From positions 1 through 57,603 of IMG/VR virus record IMGVR_UViG_3300041809_000885: a stretch of 57,603 nt of DNA, one strand, 5' to 3'. Both the position numbers and the translations under genes were made by a program. Source of the stretch: a virus (Duplodnaviria > Caudoviricetes). Under the pieces are notes generated by a model. That model did no database searches, was not told the DNA's origin, and saw nothing but the letters and a program-made list of their open reading frames with translations. Shown here piece by piece: positions 35,603 through 44,540 of the stretch (the first letter of the stretch is position 1; every line of letters starts with the position of its first letter).

Positions 35603-36862
35603 ATGGGCGATACCGTCGGACTGGCAGTGGATGCGCTAAGCAGTATTGCTGCGCCAGCGGCCGAAGCGGCGCCGGCAGCTGCGGGCACCGGTGCGGGAAT
35701 CGCCGATATCGTGGGCACGGGTGCTGGCCTCGCGGGGGGTGCCACGGGGCTCGAAGGCACGCTTCTCGCCGGCGGCTCCGGGCTAGGCCTTGCGGACCTC
35801 GCGGCGGGCACGGCCGGCCTCGGCGCGGCAGGTACTGCGGCTGATTTCCTGGCTGCCCCTGGCGCTACCGGGCTGGCGGCAGGTGCTACAACCCCGATCG
35901 GCGGTGCCGCGGCCGATGCGGCGGCCAGCACGGCTGCTTCCACCGGCCAAGCCAGCGGTATTGCCGACCTTGTTCCGGGAGGCGGTCCGGGAGCACTGGG
36001 GGCTGCGGTGCCGACCCCCCAGCCGACGGCGGTCGGGGGAGTCACGGGGTCCACCAACCTTTCCGGCACGGGCACGAGCCTTCCTGGAGGCAGTACGGGG
36101 GTGGCAGGGACTTCCGGCGTGGGAGCAACCCCCAGCGCGATCCCGAGCGGTTCTGGCGGCGCCGCAGGCATCGCCGGACCTGCCGGAGCAACACCCGTGG
36201 ATGCCACCTCCGCAGCGGCCGGTACCGGCCCTGGCGCAGCAGCACCGACCGCGGCGGCTCCTTCCTCGTCGATCGACCAGTTGCTGCAGAAAGCAGGCAA
36301 TTCCATCACCAGCAACCCGCTCGGCATTGCGCTGGGAGCCGCCGGTCTCGGGTACAACATCTATTCGGGCCAGAAGAACACGGCCAACCAGAAGGCGCTG
36401 ACGGCCGATGCCAACGCGGCAACCGCGAATTCGAACCAGATGGTGCAATCCGGCGAGGCTTTGCAGCAATATCTGACCAGCGGCACCTTGCCGCCGGCCT
36501 ATCAGCAGCAGGTCGATCAGGCGATCGCGGATGCCAAGACTTCGGCAATCTCGAACGCGGCGCAGCAAGGCCAGAATACCGACCCGACCCAGAACACCGC
36601 GCTGGCCGCGACACTGGCCAAGATCGATGCTTCGCGAGCAGGCATGCAGACCCAGGTGGCAACGCAGCTGTTCTCATCGGGCACCAGCCTCGTTCAATCC
36701 GGCGCGACGGCGGCCGGGCTGTCCGGGCAGCTATTCCAGGCGCTGGTGCAGAACGACACCACGCAGGCGGCGAATACCGGCAAGGCGATCGCCACGCTGG
36801 CGGCTGCCCTCAACGGCAAGTCGTCGAACAGCGCCGGCGGCATCACGATCAGCACCGGGTAA
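35603..36862 (+). CDS. Gly/Ala-rich internal virion (ejection) protein
   Basis: Composition and position. Confidence 0.6.
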   Translation: MGDTVGLAVDALSSIAAPAAEAAPAAAGTGAGIADIVGTGAGLAGGATGLEGTLLAGGSGLGLADLAAGTAGLGAAGTAADFLAAPGATGLAAGATTPIGGAAADAAASTAASTGQASGIADLVPGGGPGALGAAVPTPQPTAVGGVTGSTNLSGTGTSLPGGSTGVAGTSGVGATPSAIPSGSGGAAGIAGPAGATPVDATSAAAGTGPGAAAPTAAAPSSSIDQLLQKAGNSITSNPLGIALGAAGLGYNIYSGQKNTANQKALTADANAATANSNQMVQSGEALQQYLTSGTLPPAYQQQVDQAIADAKTSAISNAAQQGQNTDPTQNTALAATLAKIDASRAGMQTQVATQLFSSGTSLVQSGATAAGLSGQLFQALVQNDTTQAANTGKAIATLAAALNGKSSNSAGGITISTG

Positions 36863-36865
36863 CCA

Positions 36866-38563
36866 ATGCCGGATGTACAGCCCCAGGATGCCGCTGCCGA
36901 CAAGCCTTCGCCCGCGATTGCCGATCTCGCGCCGGCCGCGGATGACAAGTCGGTGTCGGGACTGGTTTCCAGCCTGACCGACTTGCAGCGCAGCAAGGTT
37001 GCGACTGATACCCGGCTTGAAGGCGAATTCAACAGCCAGCAGTCCCGGGACCGGGTGGTGCGCAATCAGGCTTTCCAGCTCGAAGGCGTGGCGGCGTCCG
37101 AGATCCCGAAACCGTGGGACGCCGAGAAGGAGCACAAGAAGCGCGAGAGCAATCCGATCGAGGCATTCGGCTCCGCTGGCGGCCTGTTCGCCATGGTGGC
37201 GTCGGCGTTCACCAAGGCGCCGATGGAAAACGCCATCAACGGCATGGCCGGCGCGGTGACCTCGATCCAGAATGCCAACGAGAAGGATTACGAGCGCGCC
37301 TATGACGCGTTCAAGACCAATGTGAAACTGGCCGAGCAGCGCTTCAAGACCCAGCACGAGCTTTACAGCGACGCGCTCAGTCTGCAGTCGGCGGATGCGG
37401 CGGCATCGGCGGCGAAATTCCACAATGCTGCGACCAAGTTCGGCGACCAGCAGATGCTGATGCTGGCCGAGCACGGCATGATCAAGGAAATCTACGAGTT
37501 GCAGTCGGCCCGCGCCAAGGCCAACGAGGATATGGTCAAGGCAGCCGACTCGATCGACCTGCATACCATCCAGAAAGCGGCGGTCGATGCGGTCAAGAAG
37601 GGGTTCACGCCCACCGATGATCCGGCAATGGACAAGGTGCAGCTCGCAGCCTCGATCTATCGGATTTACAGCGGGCAGGGCAAGGTTCAGTCGGCCGAGC
37701 AGGAAGCAGTCGGCAAGTACGTCAACGCGCATATGAACCAGGAGCCGAACGGGTTTGCGGAAGGGTTGGCGCAGATTCATCAGCAGTTCAGTGCGAAGGC
37801 GCCGAACATCGAGGGTTACCAGAATGCCAAGGAAAATTGGCAAACCAACCATCCCGGCGAGACACTGTCAGCGGACGAGGATGCGAAGCTGCTACAGCAG
37901 TTCGGACTGACCCTCCGCCCCGGCTCAACCGGGGGAGGGAATTCACAAAGTTCGCAGGCGAGAAAAACTCGCGCGATCGAGGAAATTCAGAAAAAGCACG
38001 CCGACGAAGGCAAGCCTGTTACGATTGCGGAGGCTGAGAAAGAATACAACAAAACCGTGCAGGTGCCGACCGCGCACGATACCCATCAGGATGACGTGCA
38101 ATACGCCAAAGCCGAGCGTATGGAGCACACCATGGATCAGATGGATGAACTGCTTCTCAAACACAAGGCGCTCACCGGTATCGGAGGTACACTCACTCGC
38201 CCCGTCGAAGCGATCAGCAACATTCTTGGGTCGAACGAGACCGATCGCAAGCAGTTTCAGCGTTTCGCAACCGAGCTAAAGGAATGGGGGCAGTCTGTTG
38301 TCAACGATCGTACCGGGCGTCCGTTATCTTCAGAAGCCAGGGATGCAGCGGTTATTTTCGCCGGGCTCAATCCAGGCGATACGTCTGCTAATACGATCCG
38401 CGCCATCGTCGAACTTCGCCCGGTTATTCGAAAAATCAAGGAAGACATCAAAGCGCGCGGACAAGGCCGAGGTCCTGTATCGGGCGGAGGCGAATCGCCG
38501 ACACCCCCGAAAGAAGAAAATTTGCAAGATCAGCCTTGGCTTAAAGACCCGGTGAAACCCTGA
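36866..38563 (+). CDS. Internal virion (ejection) protein
   Basis: 565 aa, helical, position. Confidence 0.6.
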   Translation: MPDVQPQDAAADKPSPAIADLAPAADDKSVSGLVSSLTDLQRSKVATDTRLEGEFNSQQSRDRVVRNQAFQLEGVAASEIPKPWDAEKEHKKRESNPIEAFGSAGGLFAMVASAFTKAPMENAINGMAGAVTSIQNANEKDYERAYDAFKTNVKLAEQRFKTQHELYSDALSLQSADAAASAAKFHNAATKFGDQQMLMLAEHGMIKEIYELQSARAKANEDMVKAADSIDLHTIQKAAVDAVKKGFTPTDDPAMDKVQLAASIYRIYSGQGKVQSAEQEAVGKYVNAHMNQEPNGFAEGLAQIHQQFSAKAPNIEGYQNAKENWQTNHPGETLSADEDAKLLQQFGLTLRPGSTGGGNSQSSQARKTRAIEEIQKKHADEGKPVTIAEAEKEYNKTVQVPTAHDTHQDDVQYAKAERMEHTMDQMDELLLKHKALTGIGGTLTRPVEAISNILGSNETDRKQFQRFATELKEWGQSVVNDRTGRPLSSEARDAAVIFAGLNPGDTSANTIRAIVELRPVIRKIKEDIKARGQGRGPVSGGGESPTPPKEENLQDQPWLKDPVKP

Positions 38564-41500
38564 TGGATGATTTAGGTTTAGACACGCAAGGTATGTTATC
38601 CGGTGACCCCGGCGCTGCGCCCGCGTTCGATCTCGGCGGCGAGACAACCAAGAGCAAGGATTTGCCGCAGATATCTTCGGCACAGGACTACACAGCATTG
38701 CCGGCCGGCAAGTCGTATCTCGACCCGCAAGGACAGAAGCGATTCAAGCCGATTCGCAACAAGCAGGATTATCTGTCGGTGGAAGAAGGTGCCGAGTACG
38801 CTGACCCAACCGGCAACATCCGCACCAAGCCGAAATATGAGAGCATCGACTTCACGCCGCAGACCCTGTTCGACATCGCGCATTCCGACAAGGGCCGGAA
38901 GAAAGTGCTTGAGAAATACTACCCGGGCAAGGTGCGCGATGACCCCGCCGGCGGTTTCATTATCGAGGACGAGGACGGCAAGCTGCGCAAGCCCGGTCGG
39001 GGTGCTACTGCGGCCGGCGGGTTCCTTGCATCTGAGGTAATCCACACGGTGCTTGCTGGCGGCGGGGCTATCATAGGCGGTGCGGTCGGATCGGCGGTCG
39101 GTACCCCCGGAGTCGGCACCGCTGTCGGAGGCGCGGCCGGAGCCGGGTATGGCGGCTATATGGCTTCGCGGTTCAACGACACGATCTCGCAGCTTGCTGG
39201 TGTATACGACGATGAAGGCGCTACTGAGGATGCAGTTATTAGTGGTGTATTTTCCGCTGTCGGCGATGTCGGCGGGCGCGCATTGTCGGCAGCCGTACCC
39301 GGAGCCAAGGAAGCTGCGAAAGCCGCAGGACGCGGCGCATCCAAGACAGTCAACAAATTTCTAGGCAGCAATCCTGAAGGCGTGGAAACTGGGTTGAATA
39401 TTGCTTCGCAGGGCGAGCAGCCTGGTGCTGGTCCGTTCGGGCTGTCCAAACCGGGGACGGCGGTGTCGCCGTCGGCGATGTTTGAATCCTCGCCACATCT
39501 GACCAACGTCGCCGAAATTCTGCAGCAGAAATTTGACAAGTCGGATACCTATCTCGCCAATGCCGAGAAGTTCATGGACAAACGCGCCAAGGACATTCTT
39601 GCGAGCAAGGATATCGGATCGATCATCGAGGACTCGGTGGTACATCCCAAAGCGGCGGTGCCGACCGAGAAAGCAGGCCTTCTGCTCAAGGACTCCTACC
39701 ACGCTAAGATCATGCAGGAGTCGGCTGAAGCCGATGCACGTCTACAAGCGGAACTGGCGAATCGCCGCGCAGCGGTCGAAGCCAAACACGCACCAGCGAT
39801 CGAAGCCGACCGCGCTCGCAACGAGGGCATTGTCAGAACCGCTGAGCAGGCCAAGGCGGCTGCGGACGCGCTGGTGCAGGATGGCTTGCGAACAACCGAG
39901 CGGCAAGCGGCTGATGCAATCCGGGTAGCGCAAGTCGGGCACAACGCCGGAGATCTCTGGCGCACGGTGGCAGAAAGCTTTGTCGCGCTTCGTCGCAGTA
40001 TAGGCCAGCGCGCCACCGGTATGTATGGCGATGCCCATGCGGTATCAGGTGGTCTTGTTCCTCCGGGCGCGGAAGGCCTGGCTCCGCGTGCGCAGGCGCT
40101 TCTCGATCAGTTACCGGAAGGTTTTGCAGCCTCGCATCCGACCATCGTTCGGCGCATCGCCGCCATGGCGGGAGAAGTCGGCGAGAACGGCGAGGTGGTG
40201 CGGGAGCCGGTAAGCGCGGCATGGACCGAGTTGCACGAGTTGCGCACCATGATCCGGCAGGACATCAAGTGGAACGACTTATCATCCGACGTCAAGAACG
40301 GCGCGCTCAAGCACATGCAGAACGGCATCGACGAGGTGCTGCATTCGGTCGAGAACCAACCTGAGTTGCGCGAGGCGTCTCGCCTGTTGCGACTGGCCGA
40401 CGATTTCTACCGTGAGAACATGGGTCCGCTTAACAATGCTCAAATAAAGGCATTGGTGAAAGCACTCGATAGCGGCCTACAGGCTGATCCGAAGGCGCTA
40501 TTGGATATCGCGATCAAGGATGGCAAGACCGAAGTGGCAAACACGATCCGAAACACGGTTGGGCCGACGACATGGGACGCCATGCGTGGGGCTGACGTGA
40601 TCGAGATGTTGTCGCAGTCCCGGCAACTGGACGGCTCGATAGACGCGCTGAAATTCGCCAAACAAGTCGGGGACCGCTTCCAGAATGGTGTGCTGGGCGT
40701 GCTGCACGGCGAGCAGGGTGGCGGACGGCTTCAGAAGCAGGCAATGGAGATCATGCAACTGCGCGGCAAACTGCCTATTGCGCCGCGACCCGGAGACACC
40801 GCCAACGACGTCATTTTGCGCGCTAGAGCGGCTGCTGAGGATGCGAAGAACCTGGCAAAGACGGACCCGCTGAAGGCCATGCAGAACGAGATGAAGCAAG
40901 TCGAGGCAGCGATGAAGAAAGAAGCTGCGGCCGGTAAAAAACCTGATCCCTTGGCATTCCTGGATAACGCGACCGTCGGTGCTAACGCAGCGGTGGATCG
41001 CATTCTCGGTGATCCTGATTTGATTGTGGCGGCGAGCCGGGCGTTCAAAGGCGGGGAGCGATCGCCCGAATTCCAGCTGATGCGGCAGGTATGGGCTGAG
41101 CGCTTCATGCGGGAAGCCGGCCTCGAGCCCGGCGAGAAGCTGGCCAAGACTTCGCCCGAGATACAAGCCTTGATGTTCCCCGGGGTGACCCTAGACGACA
41201 TGCACATGCTGGCCAAAGAGATGAAGCTGTTGATGAGTGGGCACACCATGCAGGGCGGCGACGTAGCCGGCGGCATGATGGCGCAGGCGGCCGTCGAGAA
41301 CCCGTTTGGGAGGGCTTCTGGGCTCGGTAAAGTCGCTGGCCCTATGAAAGTAGTCCCCGGAGCCAATTTTGGCGCCCGTGCCGCTCTGACGGCATATTAC
41401 AACACGATCAGGGGCGTCCTAACATCGCCATCGACTTTGAGATGGCTGCGGAAGGGGCTAGGGTCGCGTGATCCTGCCGAGCGGGAAGCTGCGCGGACCG

Positions 41501-41601
41501 AGTTAAGCGCCGCCCTGCAACGCGGCGGGGCGATGGGTGCTGTTGTCGGTGAGAACATGGGCGAGTTTGAGAAGCAGCCGGATACCGGAGTTTTGAATTG
41601 A
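38563..41601 (+). CDS. Large internal virion (ejection) protein
   Basis: 1012 aa; Gly-zipper hydrophobic segment; helical. Confidence 0.65.
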   Translation: MDDLGLDTQGMLSGDPGAAPAFDLGGETTKSKDLPQISSAQDYTALPAGKSYLDPQGQKRFKPIRNKQDYLSVEEGAEYADPTGNIRTKPKYESIDFTPQTLFDIAHSDKGRKKVLEKYYPGKVRDDPAGGFIIEDEDGKLRKPGRGATAAGGFLASEVIHTVLAGGGAIIGGAVGSAVGTPGVGTAVGGAAGAGYGGYMASRFNDTISQLAGVYDDEGATEDAVISGVFSAVGDVGGRALSAAVPGAKEAAKAAGRGASKTVNKFLGSNPEGVETGLNIASQGEQPGAGPFGLSKPGTAVSPSAMFESSPHLTNVAEILQQKFDKSDTYLANAEKFMDKRAKDILASKDIGSIIEDSVVHPKAAVPTEKAGLLLKDSYHAKIMQESAEADARLQAELANRRAAVEAKHAPAIEADRARNEGIVRTAEQAKAAADALVQDGLRTTERQAADAIRVAQVGHNAGDLWRTVAESFVALRRSIGQRATGMYGDAHAVSGGLVPPGAEGLAPRAQALLDQLPEGFAASHPTIVRRIAAMAGEVGENGEVVREPVSAAWTELHELRTMIRQDIKWNDLSSDVKNGALKHMQNGIDEVLHSVENQPELREASRLLRLADDFYRENMGPLNNAQIKALVKALDSGLQADPKALLDIAIKDGKTEVANTIRNTVGPTTWDAMRGADVIEMLSQSRQLDGSIDALKFAKQVGDRFQNGVLGVLHGEQGGGRLQKQAMEIMQLRGKLPIAPRPGDTANDVILRARAAAEDAKNLAKTDPLKAMQNEMKQVEAAMKKEAAAGKKPDPLAFLDNATVGANAAVDRILGDPDLIVAASRAFKGGERSPEFQLMRQVWAERFMREAGLEPGEKLAKTSPEIQALMFPGVTLDDMHMLAKEMKLLMSGHTMQGGDVAGGMMAQAAVENPFGRASGLGKVAGPMKVVPGANFGARAALTAYYNTIRGVLTSPSTLRWLRKGLGSRDPAEREAARTELSAALQRGGAMGAVVGENMGEFEKQPDTGVLN

Positions 41602-41867
41602 CCGACTTTACCGATGAGATGGACAAACTGGCCGCCAGCCTCGCCAAGGACGCCAATATGGCCGAGAAGGCGTTCGGGGACCGCCTTGACGCGTTCAAGG
41701 CGCTAATGCCGTACTATGCCCTGCTCCTGAAGAACAAGGGCGGGGATAAGCCGGACGAGGACGACCTGCCCAATTTCGACAATTTCACGGCCAGTATCCA
41801 CAACACGGAGAACGACGATGGCGAAAGAGAACCCGGGGTTCGAGATCGTCGGCGGAACGGAAACTGA
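41598..41867 (+). CDS. Hypothetical protein
   Basis: TTG start overlapping the previous stop, GGAG RBS. Confidence 0.65.
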   Translation: MTDFTDEMDKLAASLAKDANMAEKAFGDRLDAFKALMPYYALLLKNKGGDKPDEDDLPNFDNFTASIHNTENDDGEREPGVRDRRRNGN

Positions 41868-42096
41868 AGCTGCGCCGCAGGCCTCGAGCGTCCAGATTGC
41901 CATGCTGACACTGGCGCTGAAAGCGCTTTCCCAGCGGGCGCTGGTCGCGATCGCCGACCTGTTCACGCTGCTGACGGTGGGCTCGGCATTCTGGCTATGG
42001 AGTTCAATTCCGGCGCCAAACGACCGCCAGATCATCGCGCTGTCGATCTATGCCTGCTTTGTGTTAGCAGCGAACTACATCGTAAGGAGAAAGTGA
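41818..42096 (+). CDS. Small membrane protein with two TM segments
   Basis: Two hydrophobic helices. Confidence 0.65.
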   Translation: MAKENPGFEIVGGTETEAAPQASSVQIAMLTLALKALSQRALVAIADLFTLLTVGSAFWLWSSIPAPNDRQIIALSIYACFVLAANYIVRRK

Positions 42097-43493
42097 TGCG
42101 GAAGCTCCTCGCAGCATGGCTGCTGATTATGTCGGCCATGTTCGGTCCGGCAGACGCGCAGCAAGTCAACATGTACTGGAATACGGGAGGCACTGGCTTC
42201 TCGGCATGGCAACCGGTATCGGCGGCAAATCCGTTGCCGATTTCAGGATCGTTCAGCGCTACGGGCTTTCCGGGTACCACGCAAACCACCGGCACCCCGA
42301 TTTCGGTCACGACCGGCGGCGTTACCGGCACACTTCCTGCGGGCACCGTCGTCGTTGCTTCCAACGTCGGCACTACCAATAATGCTTATTGCAAACTCGG
42401 CGCGTCGGCCACGACGTCCGACCAGTTGATCGCTCCCAACTCGTGGTTCGGATTCACCGTCGGGTCGAACACCCAGTTGACTTGCATCACATCGACATCC
42501 ACCACGACCGTCAACATGGTTGGCGGCGCTGGATTGCCGACGGGAGCAGGGGGCGGGGGCGGATCGGGCGGCGGCGCGGTCACGCTCGCTTCTGGTGCCG
42601 TCGCTTCCGGTGCATATTCATCAGGTTCGATTGCTAGTGGAGCATTTGCGTCTGGCTCGATCGGATCGGGGGCAGTGGCGTCCGGTGCGATTGCCTCGGG
42701 AGCGGTGGCAAGTGGCGCCGTTTCAGCCGGGGCGCTGGCAACAGGCGCCGCTGTCGATGGCTGGGATATAACGCAAGGCACCAAGAGCGACGCGGCCTGC
42801 GCCTCCGGAGCGACCACGCCATGCTCTGTCGAGGCTCGTCTTGCCCATATCGAAACTCTGGCGGCGGCAGCGATTCCGTGTCTCGCCGGGACAGCGTTCA
42901 ATACCAATGCCGCGATTACGACGGGAAATGTGGGCGCAACTAACTGCGACGTGAACGGAGGTCTTTACGTCAACCTCGGGACGCAATTAGGAACCGCCGG
43001 GACGGCCAATGCCAAGGTGTTGAGCGTTCAGGGCATCGCGTCAATGACGCCGATCTCCGCAAATATCGCGCAGGTGAATGGCGTCACGGTCCTGACCGGA
43101 ACTGGCGCAACCGGAACCGGCGCGCAGCGCGTAACCGTTGCAACGGATCAGGCGACTAATGCGGGGGCGGCTCTTAACCTCGGCGGCGTCGGCGTTGTCA
43201 ATGGGGGCAACTATTATGTCACAGTAGCGGCCTCGCAGACCGCGCAAGTGCTGCAATCCTCGACCGGAGCGACGGGAGATTATCTCTCACATTGTGTGAT
43301 TCAGCCTACTACTACATCAGCGGGCACCGTTATCATTTATGATAACGCCACGACGATTTTCACTTTTACAATTGGAACGCTTTCGAACCTCGTTCCATTC
43401 ACAATTCCGGTTGGCGCGGTCAGCAGAAGCGGCGCCTGGAAGGTGACGACTGGAGCGTCGGAAACCGCGACTTGCGTTGGAAAGTTCTCCTGA
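42096..43493 (+). CDS. Exported fibre-like protein with Sec signal and xxSGA pentapeptide repeat
   Basis: MRKLLAAWLLIMSAMFGPADA|Q; 8 Cys; AAGGAG RBS. Confidence 0.75.
   Translation: MRKLLAAWLLIMSAMFGPADAQQVNMYWNTGGTGFSAWQPVSAANPLPISGSFSATGFPGTTQTTGTPISVTTGGVTGTLPAGTVVVASNVGTTNNAYCKLGASATTSDQLIAPNSWFGFTVGSNTQLTCITSTSTTTVNMVGGAGLPTGAGGGGGSGGGAVTLASGAVASGAYSSGSIASGAFASGSIGSGAVASGAIASGAVASGAVSAGALATGAAVDGWDITQGTKSDAACASGATTPCSVEARLAHIETLAAAAIPCLAGTAFNTNAAITTGNVGATNCDVNGGLYVNLGTQLGTAGTANAKVLSVQGIASMTPISANIAQVNGVTVLTGTGATGTGAQRVTVATDQATNAGAALNLGGVGVVNGGNYYVTVAASQTAQVLQSSTGATGDYLSHCVIQPTTTSAGTVIIYDNATTIFTFTIGTLSNLVPFTIPVGAVSRSGAWKVTTGASETATCVGKFS
42585..42749 (+). repeat. Eleven 5-residue coding repeats (consensus xxSGA)
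   Basis: LASGA VASGA YSSGS IASGA FASGS IGSGA VASGA IASGA VASGA VSAGA LATGA. Confidence 0.85.
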
Positions 43494-44482
43494 TGCTGCC
43501 AGATCGTATCATCGCGGGCCTGCTCGCATTCGCGCTTGTCTGGTTCCCGCCGCTTGCCTTTGCGCAGTCGGCTGTCCTGAATGGATTCCCTCCGGGGGTT
43601 TTCCAGAACCGGGCGGCGATGGATGCCCCGGTATCTGCCCCCTATACCGGACCCGGCGATGTCGTCAGTGGGGCGACTTTCTGGGGCAGTTGCGCACGAG
43701 TCTATAACGCAGCTTCGGCGAGCACTTCGACTTCGCTCTGCGATCTGGTTTCGTCATCGGCCCCAACGACTGTGCTTTGCACATTGCGAGGAACTTCCGC
43801 AGGAACCGTCGATCTAACGGCCTATTGCACTGGATTAGTTACGCCTGCTGCACTTTGTGCCCTGCAAACCGGAGGAGTCTGCAATGTCTCCCAGATTTAC
43901 GATCAAAGCGGCAGTGGTCATCCCGTTTCAATAACAACGGCGGCCAATCAGCCGGTACTTTCATTTAGTCTTGTCAACGGATTGCCGGGTCCGGTTGGGT
44001 CCAATGCAAACGGTACTGTGCTTGTTTCGGCTGGAAACGTCTTGCCTGCATCTGCGCCCTACACAGAAACTGCGGTCTATGAAAGGACAGGGAGTTTTAC
44101 GACTAGCCTGGCGGCAGTCGGGTTTACTGGAACGCCCGCCACCATCGGCCCGAATAGTTCAGCTAATTCTGCTAGACTAAACACTCCAAGCGGCACCATC
44201 ACAGCAACAGCAAATGATAGCGCTTTCCATGTTGTTCAAGGCGTATTTGCTACTGGAACATCAAATTCAATTCTTAATGTAGACGGCACATCCACGACCG
44301 GGACCACTACGCCATCCACCATTGCTGTATCGATTAGAATGTTCACCGGGAACGGCTCCAGTTCCATTACCGGTCCTGTGATGGAAGGCGGTTTCTGGCC
44401 CCTAGCATTTACGACCGGAAATCTTCACAGCATGTGCCTTAATATGACCGGAGCCTACGGCCTCTCATCAAGCGGATGTTAA
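43493..44482 (+). CDS. Exported ConA/LamG-like (arabinofuranosidase-B-like) protein
   Basis: Signal ...LLAFALVWFPPLAFA|Q; VSQIYDQSGSGH motif; 8 Cys. Confidence 0.6.
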   Translation: MLPDRIIAGLLAFALVWFPPLAFAQSAVLNGFPPGVFQNRAAMDAPVSAPYTGPGDVVSGATFWGSCARVYNAASASTSTSLCDLVSSSAPTTVLCTLRGTSAGTVDLTAYCTGLVTPAALCALQTGGVCNVSQIYDQSGSGHPVSITTAANQPVLSFSLVNGLPGPVGSNANGTVLVSAGNVLPASAPYTETAVYERTGSFTTSLAAVGFTGTPATIGPNSSANSARLNTPSGTITATANDSAFHVVQGVFATGTSNSILNVDGTSTTGTTTPSTIAVSIRMFTGNGSSSITGPVMEGGFWPLAFTTGNLHSMCLNMTGAYGLSSSGC

Positions 44483-44483
44483 A

Positions 44484-44540
44484 GTGAAGCGTTTCCTTCT
44501 CACGTGTTTGCTCCTGCTTGCTCCGGTTTCAGCAAAGTGA
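44484..44540 (+). pseudogene. Orphan Sec signal-peptide mini-ORF MKRFLLTCLLLLAPVSAK*
   Basis: GTG start; stop overlaps the next GTG; flanked by 10-bp direct repeat AAAGTGAAGC. Confidence 0.55.
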